This document shows, piece by piece, positions 9,599-18,578 of a stretch of DNA of 56,405 nt (positions are counted from its first letter, which is position 1; each line of letters opens with the position of its first letter). The DNA is from a virus (Duplodnaviria; Caudoviricetes), in IMG/VR virus record IMGVR_UViG_3300017751_000019, positions 1 through 56,405 of that record; one strand, given 5' to 3'. The notes below the pieces were generated by a model. That model made no database searches and was not told the origin of the DNA. It saw nothing but the letters and a program-made list of their open reading frames with translations. A program made the translations under genes and the position numbers.

Positions 9599-9695
9599 AG
9601 TCCCCAAAGGGGACTAGGGGTTTTTCGTCGGAAGATTTCCTTCCAGCCCGCCGTTTGCATTCCGCAGGGCGAGTAGCTCACACAGGAGAACACCC

Positions 9696-10034
9696 ATGAG
9701 CCAGTTCAAATCCGTTTCACTCAAGCAAATCGCACGCACAATCGAAGACGCACACGAGGACGATCGAGGTCGTCTGGTCGCGGAGGCGTTGATCGAACTC
9801 GAGCCGCGTCTGGAACGCGCACAGGAGCGCAAGCAGGAGGGCAAGGTCAAGCGCACACGCAAGGCCATCGAGCAGTTGGTCTCGCAGGGCGCGGTTGATC
9901 ACACGCAGTGCTTCGCCATGCAGACGTCACGCAAGCCCAAGGCCAAGGCCAAGCCGAACACGCAGGCGCAGATGATGCGCATGACCAAGGCTGATCTGGT
10001 TGCGGCGCTCATGCTTGCAGGCGACCTGTCCTAA
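9696..10034 (+). CDS. First early gene, hypothetical
   Basis: 112 aa, strong ACAGGAG SD, followed by a terminator. Confidence 0.8.
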   Translation: MSQFKSVSLKQIARTIEDAHEDDRGRLVAEALIELEPRLERAQERKQEGKVKRTRKAIEQLVSQGAVDHTQCFAMQTSRKPKAKAKPNTQAQMMRMTKADLVAALMLAGDLS

Positions 10035-10059
10035 TTCGCACACACGGATGTGCTTCCCC

Positions 10060-10092
10060 AACCCTCACAGCTTCGGCTGTGGGGGTTTTTTT
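10060..10092 (+). terminator. Intrinsic terminator
   Basis: AACCCTCACAGC-TTCG-GCTGTGGGGGTT then T-run; cUUCGg tetraloop. Confidence 0.9.
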
Positions 10093-10171
10093 GTGTCTGC
10101 ACGTTGTCGGCAGGCACACGGTCGAGCATCGACCGATCAACGACAGCACCCGTCATCACAGGAGATACCCA

Positions 10172-10354
10172 ATGACGATACGCAAAACCACGAGCAAGAC
10201 CGACACCGCATGGCGGTGGCTCGCAATCGGTCAACAACCCGCAGGACACGCGGACGAGCTTCTGCTCAACCACGACGTTCAGGCGACTGACTACCCAGAC
10301 GAGGACGACCTCGCTCTGTTCGGCTACACGCTGGTAAGGGAGGACGAGTCATGA
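10172..10354 (+). CDS. Early hypothetical protein
   Basis: ACAGGAG SD before ATG 10172; start revised from the ORF track. Confidence 0.75.
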   Translation: MTIRKTTSKTDTAWRWLAIGQQPAGHADELLLNHDVQATDYPDEDDLALFGYTLVREDES

Positions 10355-10518
10355 GCATCTTCCGAGTCACCTCAATGGTTGCACCTGAAGGCGTCAACGA
10401 CGTGCTACACGTCGAAGCCAACAGCGCCAGTGATGCGCTCGCCATCATCCACCGCGAGGACGGGACTTCGTTGGTCGAGCACTTCGACTACGTGAAGATC
10501 GAGGAGGTCGCGTCATGA
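10351..10518 (+). CDS. Early hypothetical protein, 55 aa (not in ORF track)
   Basis: MSIFRVTSMVAPEG...; GGAGG SD; ATGA overlaps at both ends. Confidence 0.7.
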   Translation: MSIFRVTSMVAPEGVNDVLHVEANSASDALAIIHREDGTSLVEHFDYVKIEEVAS

Positions 10519-10691
10519 ACGTAGACGAGCTGTTCACCCTTCACTTCCGTGGCGATGAGCCACGCGATGTACGTAAACGACGCCGCTCTTGTGAGTGGCA
10601 TCAAGGACGTTACAAGGATCGAGTCCGCCACTACTTACGCCAAGGATATTCCAAGGCCGAATCCATGAAACGCGCAGGAGAAAACCAGTGA
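10515..10691 (+). CDS. Early hypothetical protein, 58 aa (not in ORF track)
   Basis: MNVDELFTLHFRGD...; GAGGAGG SD; TGATG coupling to the next gene. Confidence 0.7.
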   Translation: MNVDELFTLHFRGDEPRDVRKRRRSCEWHQGRYKDRVRHYLRQGYSKAESMKRAGENQ

Positions 10692-11023
10692 TGTATTACG
10701 TGAACGTGTACGAGAAAGCGTCCGCTTACGGCGGGCCTGAAGAGGGTGGCTGGTGGTACACAGTCATCGAGCCGCTTGGTTGTGAGGGATCAACAGCGAA
10801 CGAGGACGAGGCCAGAGACTTGGCTGAGTCCGTTCGTCTGGAGATCGAGCAACCCGAAGCCTACTACATGGGCATCAACAACGCAGATGGGTGTGACCCT
10901 GACGGCCAAGGTGACGACAGCTACCTGACGGTCGGCGGAGTGTGGGGTGACAGCAGTCTCGTTGTGTATGTCGAGGATCATCCACCCAAGCATCAACCAG
11001 AGGAGCGACCGCACTATGAGTGA
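10691..11023 (+). CDS. Early acidic protein with YGGPEEGGWWY motif
   Basis: AGGAG SD; I recall this motif from other phage early proteins. Confidence 0.75.
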   Translation: MYYVNVYEKASAYGGPEEGGWWYTVIEPLGCEGSTANEDEARDLAESVRLEIEQPEAYYMGINNADGCDPDGQGDDSYLTVGGVWGDSSLVVYVEDHPPKHQPEERPHYE

Positions 11024-11183
11024 TCAGGTATTGAACGAGGACTTCGAGCTTGGGCTAGTCAGCCTGTGCATCGAGTTCTTTGGTGAATCAGGCGACTGGT
11101 TCTACGACTACGACGTGGACGCGAACGGAGAAGGTAGCGTCTACATCCGACTAACCGTACCAGCAGAGGAGAGCGAGACATGA
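11016..11183 (+). CDS. Early hypothetical protein
   Basis: GAGGAG SD; overlaps both neighbours. Confidence 0.65.
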   Translation: MSDQVLNEDFELGLVSLCIEFFGESGDWFYDYDVDANGEGSVYIRLTVPAEESET

Positions 11184-11482
11184 GCGACGATTCAATCCAC
11201 TACAGCCATGTGGACAAGCATGGCATGTGGTCGCTAAAAGACCATCCGATCAACCCCGCGACTCAGGCAGAGGCAGACGTGATCTACAACGATCTCGGCA
11301 TGTACCTGTCACCCGAAAGCGTCCACTCGGACGGCGAGAGCAGTGAGTCAATGGCACGCGATCACTTCAACTACTACATGCGCAAGGCAATGAGAGTTGA
11401 GCGGTGTGGATTCCTGCCAACGGAATGGAGTGACGTGTGGGAGCCGGGTCAATCACCGAAAGCAATAGGGCTGTGGACATGA
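11180..11482 (+). CDS. Early hypothetical protein
   Basis: 100 aa, GAGGAG SD, ATGA overlaps. Confidence 0.75.
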   Translation: MSDDSIHYSHVDKHGMWSLKDHPINPATQAEADVIYNDLGMYLSPESVHSDGESSESMARDHFNYYMRKAMRVERCGFLPTEWSDVWEPGQSPKAIGLWT

Positions 11483-11604
11483 GTGCCGCAGAGTTCTGGG
11501 CATGGCTAGACAGTTGCCCATCAACAGAGTGGTTCGTGGCTGATGTCGAGACCGGATGCGCTCGAGTGTTTTTTACTTACGAGGAAGAGGAGGACGAAGC
11601 ATGA
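11479..11604 (+). CDS. Early hypothetical protein, 41 aa (not in ORF track)
   Basis: MSAAEFWAWLDSCPSTEWFVAD...EEEEDEA; fills the gap exactly with ATGA overlaps. Confidence 0.65.
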   Translation: MSAAEFWAWLDSCPSTEWFVADVETGCARVFFTYEEEEDEA

Positions 11605-11771
11605 AAACATACGAAGCGTATGTCAGCGGCGGTACAAGCCGCAGGGTAATAGTCGAGGCCAAGAATCAAGTCGAGGCTGAACTCGAGGCTATTCGAGAGT
11701 TCACCGCACTTGTTGGTGCTGAAGGCCATGTTGAAGTTATGGACATAGAGCAAATAGGAGACGAATCATGA
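11601..11771 (+). CDS. Early hypothetical protein
   Basis: GAGGAGG SD; VIVEAKNQVEAELEA. Confidence 0.7.
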   Translation: MKTYEAYVSGGTSRRVIVEAKNQVEAELEAIREFTALVGAEGHVEVMDIEQIGDES

Positions 11772-11953
11772 ACGACCAAACCTATCAGCAAGCAGTCGAG
11801 CAGGCCAGAGAGGAGGCTCTCGAGAGGTATCTGAACAACCGAATCGTTGAGTATCGCAAACAGAACGTGGACGTTGTACTCATAGCAGGGACGACACACG
11901 CCATAGCAATCGTGTTTGGTATGTGGCTGTTCTCAACGGTGTGGGGTGCCTGA
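11768..11953 (+). CDS. Early hypothetical membrane protein
   Basis: 61 aa with a hydrophobic C-terminus; AGGAG SD. Confidence 0.65.
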   Translation: MNDQTYQQAVEQAREEALERYLNNRIVEYRKQNVDVVLIAGTTHAIAIVFGMWLFSTVWGA

Positions 11954-12234
11954 TGCCAGAAGATACTGCGATGCTCAATTCGAGTGGCCGTCCGGCCAAG
12001 GATCAGGTCGTTCGACATTACGAGGACGGATCATCTGATTTCATTAGTTACGGCATGACCATTGTGTCACGCCCATTCAATTACCCAAGCGAGCCAATCG
12101 TGCTAGACGTGGACAAGTGGAACTACTCAATCACCACTGCCCGCTACCGCAACAGGTTCCTTGGGGAATCTACTGGCGACACCCGTCGCCGCATTAAGTC
12201 AGGCCAGTATGTGCTGAGCAATTTGAACGCATAG
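11953..12234 (+). CDS. Early conserved hypothetical protein
   Basis: TGATG coupling; FISYG..I..WNYSITTARYRNRFLG motif. Confidence 0.75.
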   Translation: MPEDTAMLNSSGRPAKDQVVRHYEDGSSDFISYGMTIVSRPFNYPSEPIVLDVDKWNYSITTARYRNRFLGESTGDTRRRIKSGQYVLSNLNA

Positions 12235-12243
12235 GAGTTACCC

Positions 12244-12627
12244 ATGTTCAAGATATTACGCAACATTTTTAGCCAGTTTGAAGCAGTGAATGACCCAAGT
12301 ATTTTGCAGACCACACCAGAGATGAACAAGATTAATCACCGTGAGCGTGCGTCCACGCCATCTCGAATCATCTCGGTACGGGGCAAGACGTTTGGTGTCG
12401 GTTTGGTACGCAATGCCAATGCGCGCAACCGATGGAAGAGGTTGTCCACGCTGCAAGTGGGCGAAGAGATGTGCTTCATGGAGAAGCAAGTCACGATGCA
12501 CAAAGCAGTAAAGTCATACCGCAACAGTTGGGAAGGCCAGAGTCGTGAGTACGTAATCAATCCTGCAACACTCGAGGGTGCTCGAATCCCAAGCCAAGAG
12601 GTGTCAGTAGTTACTCGCACCGCCTGA
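12244..12627 (+). CDS. Hypothetical protein
   Basis: 127 aa, AGGAG SD. Confidence 0.7.
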   Translation: MFKILRNIFSQFEAVNDPSILQTTPEMNKINHRERASTPSRIISVRGKTFGVGLVRNANARNRWKRLSTLQVGEEMCFMEKQVTMHKAVKSYRNSWEGQSREYVINPATLEGARIPSQEVSVVTRTA

Positions 12628-12740
12628 AAATCCTGGGGCTACAGCCCCTGTCAAATGCAACGGCTCGGCATCGAAAGGTGTCGGGTCGTTGTCGTTATGG
12701 TGTCACGTTATGTTGACACACGCACGCTTCAGTGTTCTCA

Positions 12741-12758
12741 TGACACCTTTAGGTGTCA
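12741..12758. promoter_or_regulatory. Palindromic operator, copy 1
   Basis: TGACACCT-TT-AGGTGTCA, downstream of TTGACA (12713-12718) and ahead of the AAA+ gene. Confidence 0.75.
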
Positions 12759-12786
12759 CTCACATTTACTTTAAAGGTTACTTATT

Positions 12787-14469
12787 ATGGTTAAAAAATC
12801 TATCGATTTATTCATAGAGGCATTTCAGCCCGAACTCACGCCAGAGCAACGCCGCAACACTTGTCGCAAGGCATTGGCTGAGGCTATTGGTGATACACGT
12901 ATGGACATTCAACTGTTATGGAATGAGGGAGAGTGGAAGCATCAGTTATCCGAACCCCGACTTACACCACGAGGTATCGCCAGTTTGTTTGGTAAGCCTC
13001 ACAGTATGTTGGTGTCAGCATTGAGCATCATGCTTGACGGCGACGAAACCAGCCGTCGCGTTGGTGAAGAGTCAAGGGGCAAGCTCGAGCTTTGGCATAC
13101 GGCAATGAAGTACCCACACAAGTGTGCAGAAGGATCACGGGGCAAGGTGTTTGGTATGCACAGGGATTGGGATGAAGCCTACTTCATGGACATCATATCG
13201 TATGCGGAGACGTTAGGTATTGACTGTGCCGCCAGCGCAAACATGAAACCGACTAAGACTGCTAGTAAGTCCAAGGCATCAGCGCCTGCCGCAGGTATTG
13301 AGACTGCGCTTAACGGACTGCTCGACACAGTGGGACTGCCTGACTACAGCGATCTCAGAGAGACTCTGGATAACCTAGTTGTATTGAAAGGCGACCTGAG
13401 AGACAAGGACGCAACCATCGAATCAATGAAGCGCCAGATAGACATGGCATCCAAGGCTACGTTGGCTCCCGTCAGCGTGAAGGGTAGCGGTGATGTGCCT
13501 GATGGCAAGGTCGAGATTGCCAAGGCGTATGACCTGTTCGATGTGGGTGCTAGTGACCGCTCGATGTTCGACTTCGATCTGCCTCATGGGGTGTGGGATC
13601 ACGATCACCCTTATGTTCCTGATGTGGACACAGCTTATGTGTTTGACCCCGAGACACTGATCCCAGTGTTGCTTGCTGTTGTGAACAATCGTATCCCGTG
13701 GTTGCGTGGACATACTGGTACTGGCAAGACAACGCTTGCCGAGCAAGTGTATGCACGCCTCAAGTTGCCAGTGTTCAGGCTCAATCTGGACAGTGACATT
13801 ACTCGTGGTGAACTGGTTGGTCGAGAAGTTATTCGCACTGACAGCGATGGCAAGACAGTGACTGAGTTTGTGGACGGGATTATCCCGATGGCAATGCAAC
13901 AGCCCTGTCTGCTACTGCTCGATGAGGTCGATGCGGCGAGGCCAGACATGGGCTTTGTCCTACAGCGATTGCTTGAGGGCAAGGGGTTCATGTTACTCGA
14001 GGATGGTGGACGCACAGTCGTACCGCATCAGCACTTCCGCATGATCGCAACAGCGAATACCAATGGGCGTGGTGACGAGACAGGATTGTACTCGGGGACA
14101 CGGGCTTTGGGTACAGCATTCGTGAACAGGTTCAAGCCTTACATCGAGGTTGATTACATGACCGAGGATGAAGAGGCTGAGTTGTTGCATGACAAGAATC
14201 CTGCTCTGGACAAGGATGACTGCAAGACTATTGCGAGGTATGCAACCGAGCACAGGACAGCGTTCAAGCAGAGTGATGTCACGTTGGCGTGTTCGCCCAG
14301 AGATACCTTGGCATTTGCGGCCAGTGCGGTGGACTACAAGAGGTGCTTCGGGTCAGGCAGTGGATGGATGATGCTTGCCTTGAAGCATTCGATATTGAAT
14401 GCGGCAGACAGTGACGACAAGCAGGCGCTTGAGGGACTGGCGAGCCGAGTGATTGGAGGAACTGTATGA
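12787..14469 (+). CDS. MoxR/CbbQ/CobS-like AAA+ ATPase
   Basis: GHTGTGKTT Walker A, LLLDEVDA Walker B, FRMIATANTNG, AFVNRF, SPR sensor 2; long N-terminal extension. Confidence 0.9.
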   Translation: MVKKSIDLFIEAFQPELTPEQRRNTCRKALAEAIGDTRMDIQLLWNEGEWKHQLSEPRLTPRGIASLFGKPHSMLVSALSIMLDGDETSRRVGEESRGKLELWHTAMKYPHKCAEGSRGKVFGMHRDWDEAYFMDIISYAETLGIDCAASANMKPTKTASKSKASAPAAGIETALNGLLDTVGLPDYSDLRETLDNLVVLKGDLRDKDATIESMKRQIDMASKATLAPVSVKGSGDVPDGKVEIAKAYDLFDVGASDRSMFDFDLPHGVWDHDHPYVPDVDTAYVFDPETLIPVLLAVVNNRIPWLRGHTGTGKTTLAEQVYARLKLPVFRLNLDSDITRGELVGREVIRTDSDGKTVTEFVDGIIPMAMQQPCLLLLDEVDAARPDMGFVLQRLLEGKGFMLLEDGGRTVVPHQHFRMIATANTNGRGDETGLYSGTRALGTAFVNRFKPYIEVDYMTEDEEAELLHDKNPALDKDDCKTIARYATEHRTAFKQSDVTLACSPRDTLAFAASAVDYKRCFGSGSGWMMLALKHSILNAADSDDKQALEGLASRVIGGTV

Positions 14470-16451
14470 GACAGATAAGCGGAGACAAGTTGACACACGA
14501 GGTAACGGCTAATGCTCGTACCTTTTATAGGAACCAAGACCTTGAGGTTCTGATCGGTGGTGATCAGGCCATGACGAATGGCAAGACGGTGTACCTGCCC
14601 ACGATTCCGTTGGGTGTTGATTACGACGAAGATGAGGTGCGTACCATTCGCGGGTTCGTTGATCACGAAGCAGGACATGGACGCCACACTAACTTCTCGT
14701 TGGGACGTCGCAAGAAGTACAAGGAGTTGATGGCTCAAGTCGAGCACTTCATGCCTATCACGAATGGACTCGAGGACGTCCGCATCGAGCGGCTGATCAC
14801 GCAAGAGTATCCCGGCTCCAAGCGCAACCTTGAGGCCACAAGCCAGTGGGCAAACAAGTTATTTCTTGATCACTGGGATGGCACACCACCCACGCTTGAT
14901 GAGATAGGTGCAGTCGCGATCACATGGGAGGGACGCAGACGCATGGGCTACGACGATCCGACTATTCAGCAGTGCCTAGACACCTTGAGTGACGAGGTCA
15001 GGGCTGAGGTTGAGGGTGCTGTGGACAGGTTGTCCAAGGCCAAGTCAACCAAGGCGTGCATGGATATATCCGAGGAGTTGTGCAAGCAGTGGGGGCTTGA
15101 CCAGCGAGGCAAGGAAGAGGAACAGCAGGAGCAGCAGGGTGGCAGCGAAGAAGGCGAGGACGAGTCCGAGGACAGCAATCAGTCTAGCAATGACACTGGA
15201 GCTGACAGCTCTGGAGCTGACGATGCCGAGCAGAATCAGGGTGAGAACGCTGATGACAAAGCCGAGGACATGAGCGGTGGCGAGGGTGATGGTGAGCCAG
15301 AGAAAGAGGATGGCACTGAGGGCTCGGGTGACAATAGAGATGATCAGGGTACTCAGGCTGATGGTCAGGACAGTGAGCACAAGAAGCAGGTGCAGAAGTC
15401 TGCGGGGCATGGGTTCGATGTTGACAAGCCCAAGCAAGCGTATGACCCAAATCTTGATAAGGCCATGCAAAACATTGTGCAGAACAAAGAGGCAAGCGGT
15501 GGCTCTTATGTTGCTCATGGTCGCAAGTACGATGTCCACGAGAAGGCAGGCAACTGGAGCAGGCACACCCAAGATAGCATTGAGGCGGCCAAGAGATATG
15601 GAGCCTACAACATGACCCGCAATCAGATTGGCAGTCACATGAACAAGATGCGACGCAATCTCGAGAGGGCTTTGATTGCCAAGCAGGACAGGTCATGGCG
15701 GTCAGGCTATGAGGAAGGGACACTTGATAGTCGTAGGTTATCGAGAGCAGTGAGCGGTGACACCAGTGTGTATCGCAAGAGGACACCAGCCGAGGACATG
15801 GATACCTGTGTGATGCTTTGCATTGATGCCAGTGGGAGCATGGGACATTCCAAATGTCAGCTTGCAATGCAGTCAGCGATTGCTATGGGCGAGGTGTTCG
15901 AGAAGGTTGGTATTCCGTATGCGGTGACAGCGTTTAATACTCGCGCCCACAACGATAACAACACCAGAGCATACAACAATAGCGTTCGCAACCATCAGCA
16001 TGTCGAGGGTAGGTCACACTGTTTGTCCACGTACCTGCTCAAGGATTACGACGAGTCGTTACGCCAGACCAAGCACCAGATTGCCGCTTACGAAATGCTC
16101 GTGGGTTCAGGGAATACTGATGGTGATTCGCTGATGTATATCAAGCAAGCCTATGTAGATCGTCGCCACGAGAGTCGCAACATTATGTTTGTGTTCAGCG
16201 ATGGTGAGCCAGTGGGTACGAATGAGGATGCTGAGAGGTCTCGTCTCAAGAATGTATGCGCTGATATTGAGAGGCATATCGAGTTGGTCGGGTTCGGAAT
16301 CAAGACGGATGTGGACAGGTACTACAGCCATAGCGTTCAGGTGGACAGCCTTGATGAGATGAGCGGCAAGGTCATGAAGCAGGTTGCCAGTATGTTGCTC
16401 GGACAGAAGTTCAAGGTGGACGCCAAGGAGGTAGCGACCAATGCAGCGTAA
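14466..16451 (+). CDS. CobT-like VWA-domain partner protein
   Basis: N-terminal DHEAGH...NGLEDVRIE, acidic linker, GTLDSRRL, MIDAS DASGS, N.DG and FSDGEP; overlaps the AAA+ gene. Confidence 0.85.
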   Translation: MRQISGDKLTHEVTANARTFYRNQDLEVLIGGDQAMTNGKTVYLPTIPLGVDYDEDEVRTIRGFVDHEAGHGRHTNFSLGRRKKYKELMAQVEHFMPITNGLEDVRIERLITQEYPGSKRNLEATSQWANKLFLDHWDGTPPTLDEIGAVAITWEGRRRMGYDDPTIQQCLDTLSDEVRAEVEGAVDRLSKAKSTKACMDISEELCKQWGLDQRGKEEEQQEQQGGSEEGEDESEDSNQSSNDTGADSSGADDAEQNQGENADDKAEDMSGGEGDGEPEKEDGTEGSGDNRDDQGTQADGQDSEHKKQVQKSAGHGFDVDKPKQAYDPNLDKAMQNIVQNKEASGGSYVAHGRKYDVHEKAGNWSRHTQDSIEAAKRYGAYNMTRNQIGSHMNKMRRNLERALIAKQDRSWRSGYEEGTLDSRRLSRAVSGDTSVYRKRTPAEDMDTCVMLCIDASGSMGHSKCQLAMQSAIAMGEVFEKVGIPYAVTAFNTRAHNDNNTRAYNNSVRNHQHVEGRSHCLSTYLLKDYDESLRQTKHQIAAYEMLVGSGNTDGDSLMYIKQAYVDRRHESRNIMFVFSDGEPVGTNEDAERSRLKNVCADIERHIELVGFGIKTDVDRYYSHSVQVDSLDEMSGKVMKQVASMLLGQKFKVDAKEVATNAA

Positions 16452-16632
16452 GGCAAAGGTGTATACCAAATGGTTTGGCGTGACCGACCGAGTGTGGCCT
16501 TGGGGTTTCTGGTTCGAGGTTGGTTACGAGGTTAAGACAAGGCGCGTGGACAAGTATGACTACGCAGAGATCGGACGGATTGTACGCAAGCATGAGAGGA
16601 AAGCCAGATGGCAGAGCAAGGCAAGAGTTTAG
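16441..16632 (+). CDS. Hypothetical protein
   Basis: AAGGAGG SD; part of an overlapping gene chain. Confidence 0.6.
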   Translation: MQRKAKVYTKWFGVTDRVWPWGFWFEVGYEVKTRRVDKYDYAEIGRIVRKHERKARWQSKARV

Positions 16633-16796
16633 TGGTGGATAAGATCGAGTGGTACTTGAGGGAGCATGTGCAACATTGCGAGCGTGCAGGTGCTGAGCAA
16701 GATAACTGGACACTATTAGTAGAGGAGGCTCTCGAGCATATCTATTGTTTGGAGTCGAAGTTGGAAGCAATACATAAGGAGTCAGCTAGTGAATGA
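16608..16796 (+). CDS. Hypothetical protein
   Basis: GAGG SD; part of an overlapping gene chain. Confidence 0.6.
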   Translation: MAEQGKSLVVDKIEWYLREHVQHCERAGAEQDNWTLLVEEALEHIYCLESKLEAIHKESASE

Positions 16797-16977
16797 GCGA
16801 GACGATTTGATCGCAAGGGTGAGGACAGGGATGTCCACGGATGAGGATGCCAGTGAGGTGAAGCGCATGATGGAGTACATGCGTGACTGTGAAGAGTTAG
16901 TGGAGGCGGCACTGAGCAATGACGTTTCGGTGTTGCGCAAGGTAATTGAGAGACAAAGTTTTAGGAGATCAGCGTGA
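16789..16977 (+). CDS. Hypothetical protein
   Basis: TAAGGAG SD, GTG start. Confidence 0.65.
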   Translation: MNERDDLIARVRTGMSTDEDASEVKRMMEYMRDCEELVEAALSNDVSVLRKVIERQSFRRSA

Positions 16978-17450
16978 ATATATTTGTACTGGATGCGTCG
17001 CCATTGAGAGCGGCAGAGATGCACTGTGATAAGCACGTACCAAAGATGGTACTTGAGACTGCTCAAATAATGAGCACTGTGTTGAACGAGAAGGGGTTGA
17101 AGGGAGCCTATAAGAGTACCCATAAGAACCATCCTTGTACTGTGTGGGCAGGCCAGAGTTTTGCTAATTATATGTGGACGATGGCGTTGGGTATGGCGTT
17201 AGGTTTGGAATATGAGAAGCGATTCGGGCGCACGCACAAGAGTGCGGACGCCATCTGGAGTATGAAAGATGTCCCCGTTCGAGTTCTGCGGGACGCCTTC
17301 GACAAGGACGAGATGACTGATTGGGTGTTGGCAATGCCCGACGAGTACAAGTGTAGTGATGCTGTCCACAGCTACCGGGAGTACTACCGGGGAGCCAAGG
17401 CACACTTCGCACGATGGGATAGGGGCGAGACGCCAGAGTGGTGGGCATAA
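16974..17450 (+). CDS. Pyrimidine-dimer DNA glycosylase / endonuclease V-like protein
   Basis: MNIFVLD.SP..AA..HCDKHVPKMVLETAQ, YKSTHKNHPCTVWA, AMPDEYK..DAV.SYR.YY. Confidence 0.8.
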   Translation: MNIFVLDASPLRAAEMHCDKHVPKMVLETAQIMSTVLNEKGLKGAYKSTHKNHPCTVWAGQSFANYMWTMALGMALGLEYEKRFGRTHKSADAIWSMKDVPVRVLRDAFDKDEMTDWVLAMPDEYKCSDAVHSYREYYRGAKAHFARWDRGETPEWWA

Positions 17451-17947
17451 TGAATGTGGTGGACAACTTCCTGCCGGATGCGCTGCTCGACGGGTTGGAT
17501 AATGACCCCACGATAAATTTGCTTAGGAACAATGGCATCAGGTGGTGGGACGGAGTGACCGAGGGCAACCGAGTGCATGAGATTATTCGTTTTTGTTGTG
17601 ATCAATTCCATGTTCAAGGTATGTGTGGATTCGAGTACTGGTTTAACGTGACCGAGAATGACGCTGGCCCTTGGCATGTGGACAAGGACGAGGGCGCTGA
17701 TGTTCTTGTGCCAGCAGACTGGTCTTGTATTCTTTATGTGATACCACATCAGATATGGGGTGGGTTCCTCGAGATGGAGTGCGGAGATGACACGAGGACA
17801 GAGGTTGAACGTATCTCTCCGAGGTTTAATAGGTGTGTTGTTCTGGACAATGGCGTTTGGCATAGAGTGTCTAGGGTGTGGTCTGGTCAACGACATGCGC
17901 TGTTAATAAATGGTTGGAAGCAAGCGCCTTCTACGGCAGATACGTAA
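17450..17947 (+). CDS. 2OG-Fe(II) oxygenase
   Basis: WHVDKDE (HxD), SCILY..GGFLE, PRFNR.VV..WHRV...R. Confidence 0.8.
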   Translation: MNVVDNFLPDALLDGLDNDPTINLLRNNGIRWWDGVTEGNRVHEIIRFCCDQFHVQGMCGFEYWFNVTENDAGPWHVDKDEGADVLVPADWSCILYVIPHQIWGGFLEMECGDDTRTEVERISPRFNRCVVLDNGVWHRVSRVWSGQRHALLINGWKQAPSTADT

Positions 17948-18057
17948 GACAAATACCCTGTTGACACCTGTGTGTGGACGAGATGCGCCAAGCTGGTAGG
18001 CGTAAATTACGCATAAGGTGTTGAATACAGACACCTTAATTATTCTTATTAACGCTC

Positions 18058-18086
18058 TTGACATCCAATGCACTCCCCTTTATATT
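18058..18086 (+). promoter_or_regulatory. Sigma70-type promoter for the luxR-like/integrase operon
   Basis: TTGACA-N17-TATATT; half-sites TAAGGTGT and GACACCTTA lie just upstream (18014-18038). Confidence 0.75.
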
Positions 18087-18146
18087 CCCTTTGCTGTCAT
18101 GATTTCATTACAGTTATGTGCAAACGTATAATACAGGAGGAGCCAC

Positions 18147-18575
18147 ATGAAACTTGAAGACAAAGTGAATAGGCTCGAAGGGAGAATCGAGAGCCTAGAG
18201 AGAATGGTAGACAGGCTAGTACTTGGGCAAGGTCATCAAGTACAGCACGAGGATATGGTCAAGGCCATTCTCCCGAGATTAACTGCCAAACAACATGTTG
18301 CATTACAGATGATCATGCTTGGTTGCAGTAATGCACAGATAGCAAAGAGGTTTAACGTTACGGAGAATACCGCAAAGGTACACGTCAGAGGGATCGCCAG
18401 AAAGTATCGCGTGAGCACCCGCTCGCAGATCGTTATGGCGGCAGTGTCTGAGTGGGAATCTGTTACATCAAATCAATACTTGCTTATGAGCGGAGGCATA
18501 CCGAAGGATTGGGGTGAGACATATGGACGTGGGCCTATAACAAAAGACCCTCACTCTAAAATATACAGGAGTTAA
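18147..18575 (+). CDS. LuxR/GerE-type HTH transcriptional regulator
   Basis: LTAKQHVALQMIMLGCSNAQIAKRFNVTENTAKVHVRGIARKYRVSTRSQ; N-terminal coiled coil. Confidence 0.9.
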   Translation: MKLEDKVNRLEGRIESLERMVDRLVLGQGHQVQHEDMVKAILPRLTAKQHVALQMIMLGCSNAQIAKRFNVTENTAKVHVRGIARKYRVSTRSQIVMAAVSEWESVTSNQYLLMSGGIPKDWGETYGRGPITKDPHSKIYRS

Positions 18576-18578
18576 TTT

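Noticed and set aside
9300-9699. Four overlapping ORFs upstream of terS
   Set aside because: GC-rich, stop-poor sequence with low-complexity Pro/Arg translations and no clear SD; better read as non-coding.
12787-16451. Cobalamin-synthesis auxiliary genes (cobS/cobT)
   Set aside because: No cobN or other cob genes; a generic MoxR/VWA pair is the safer call.
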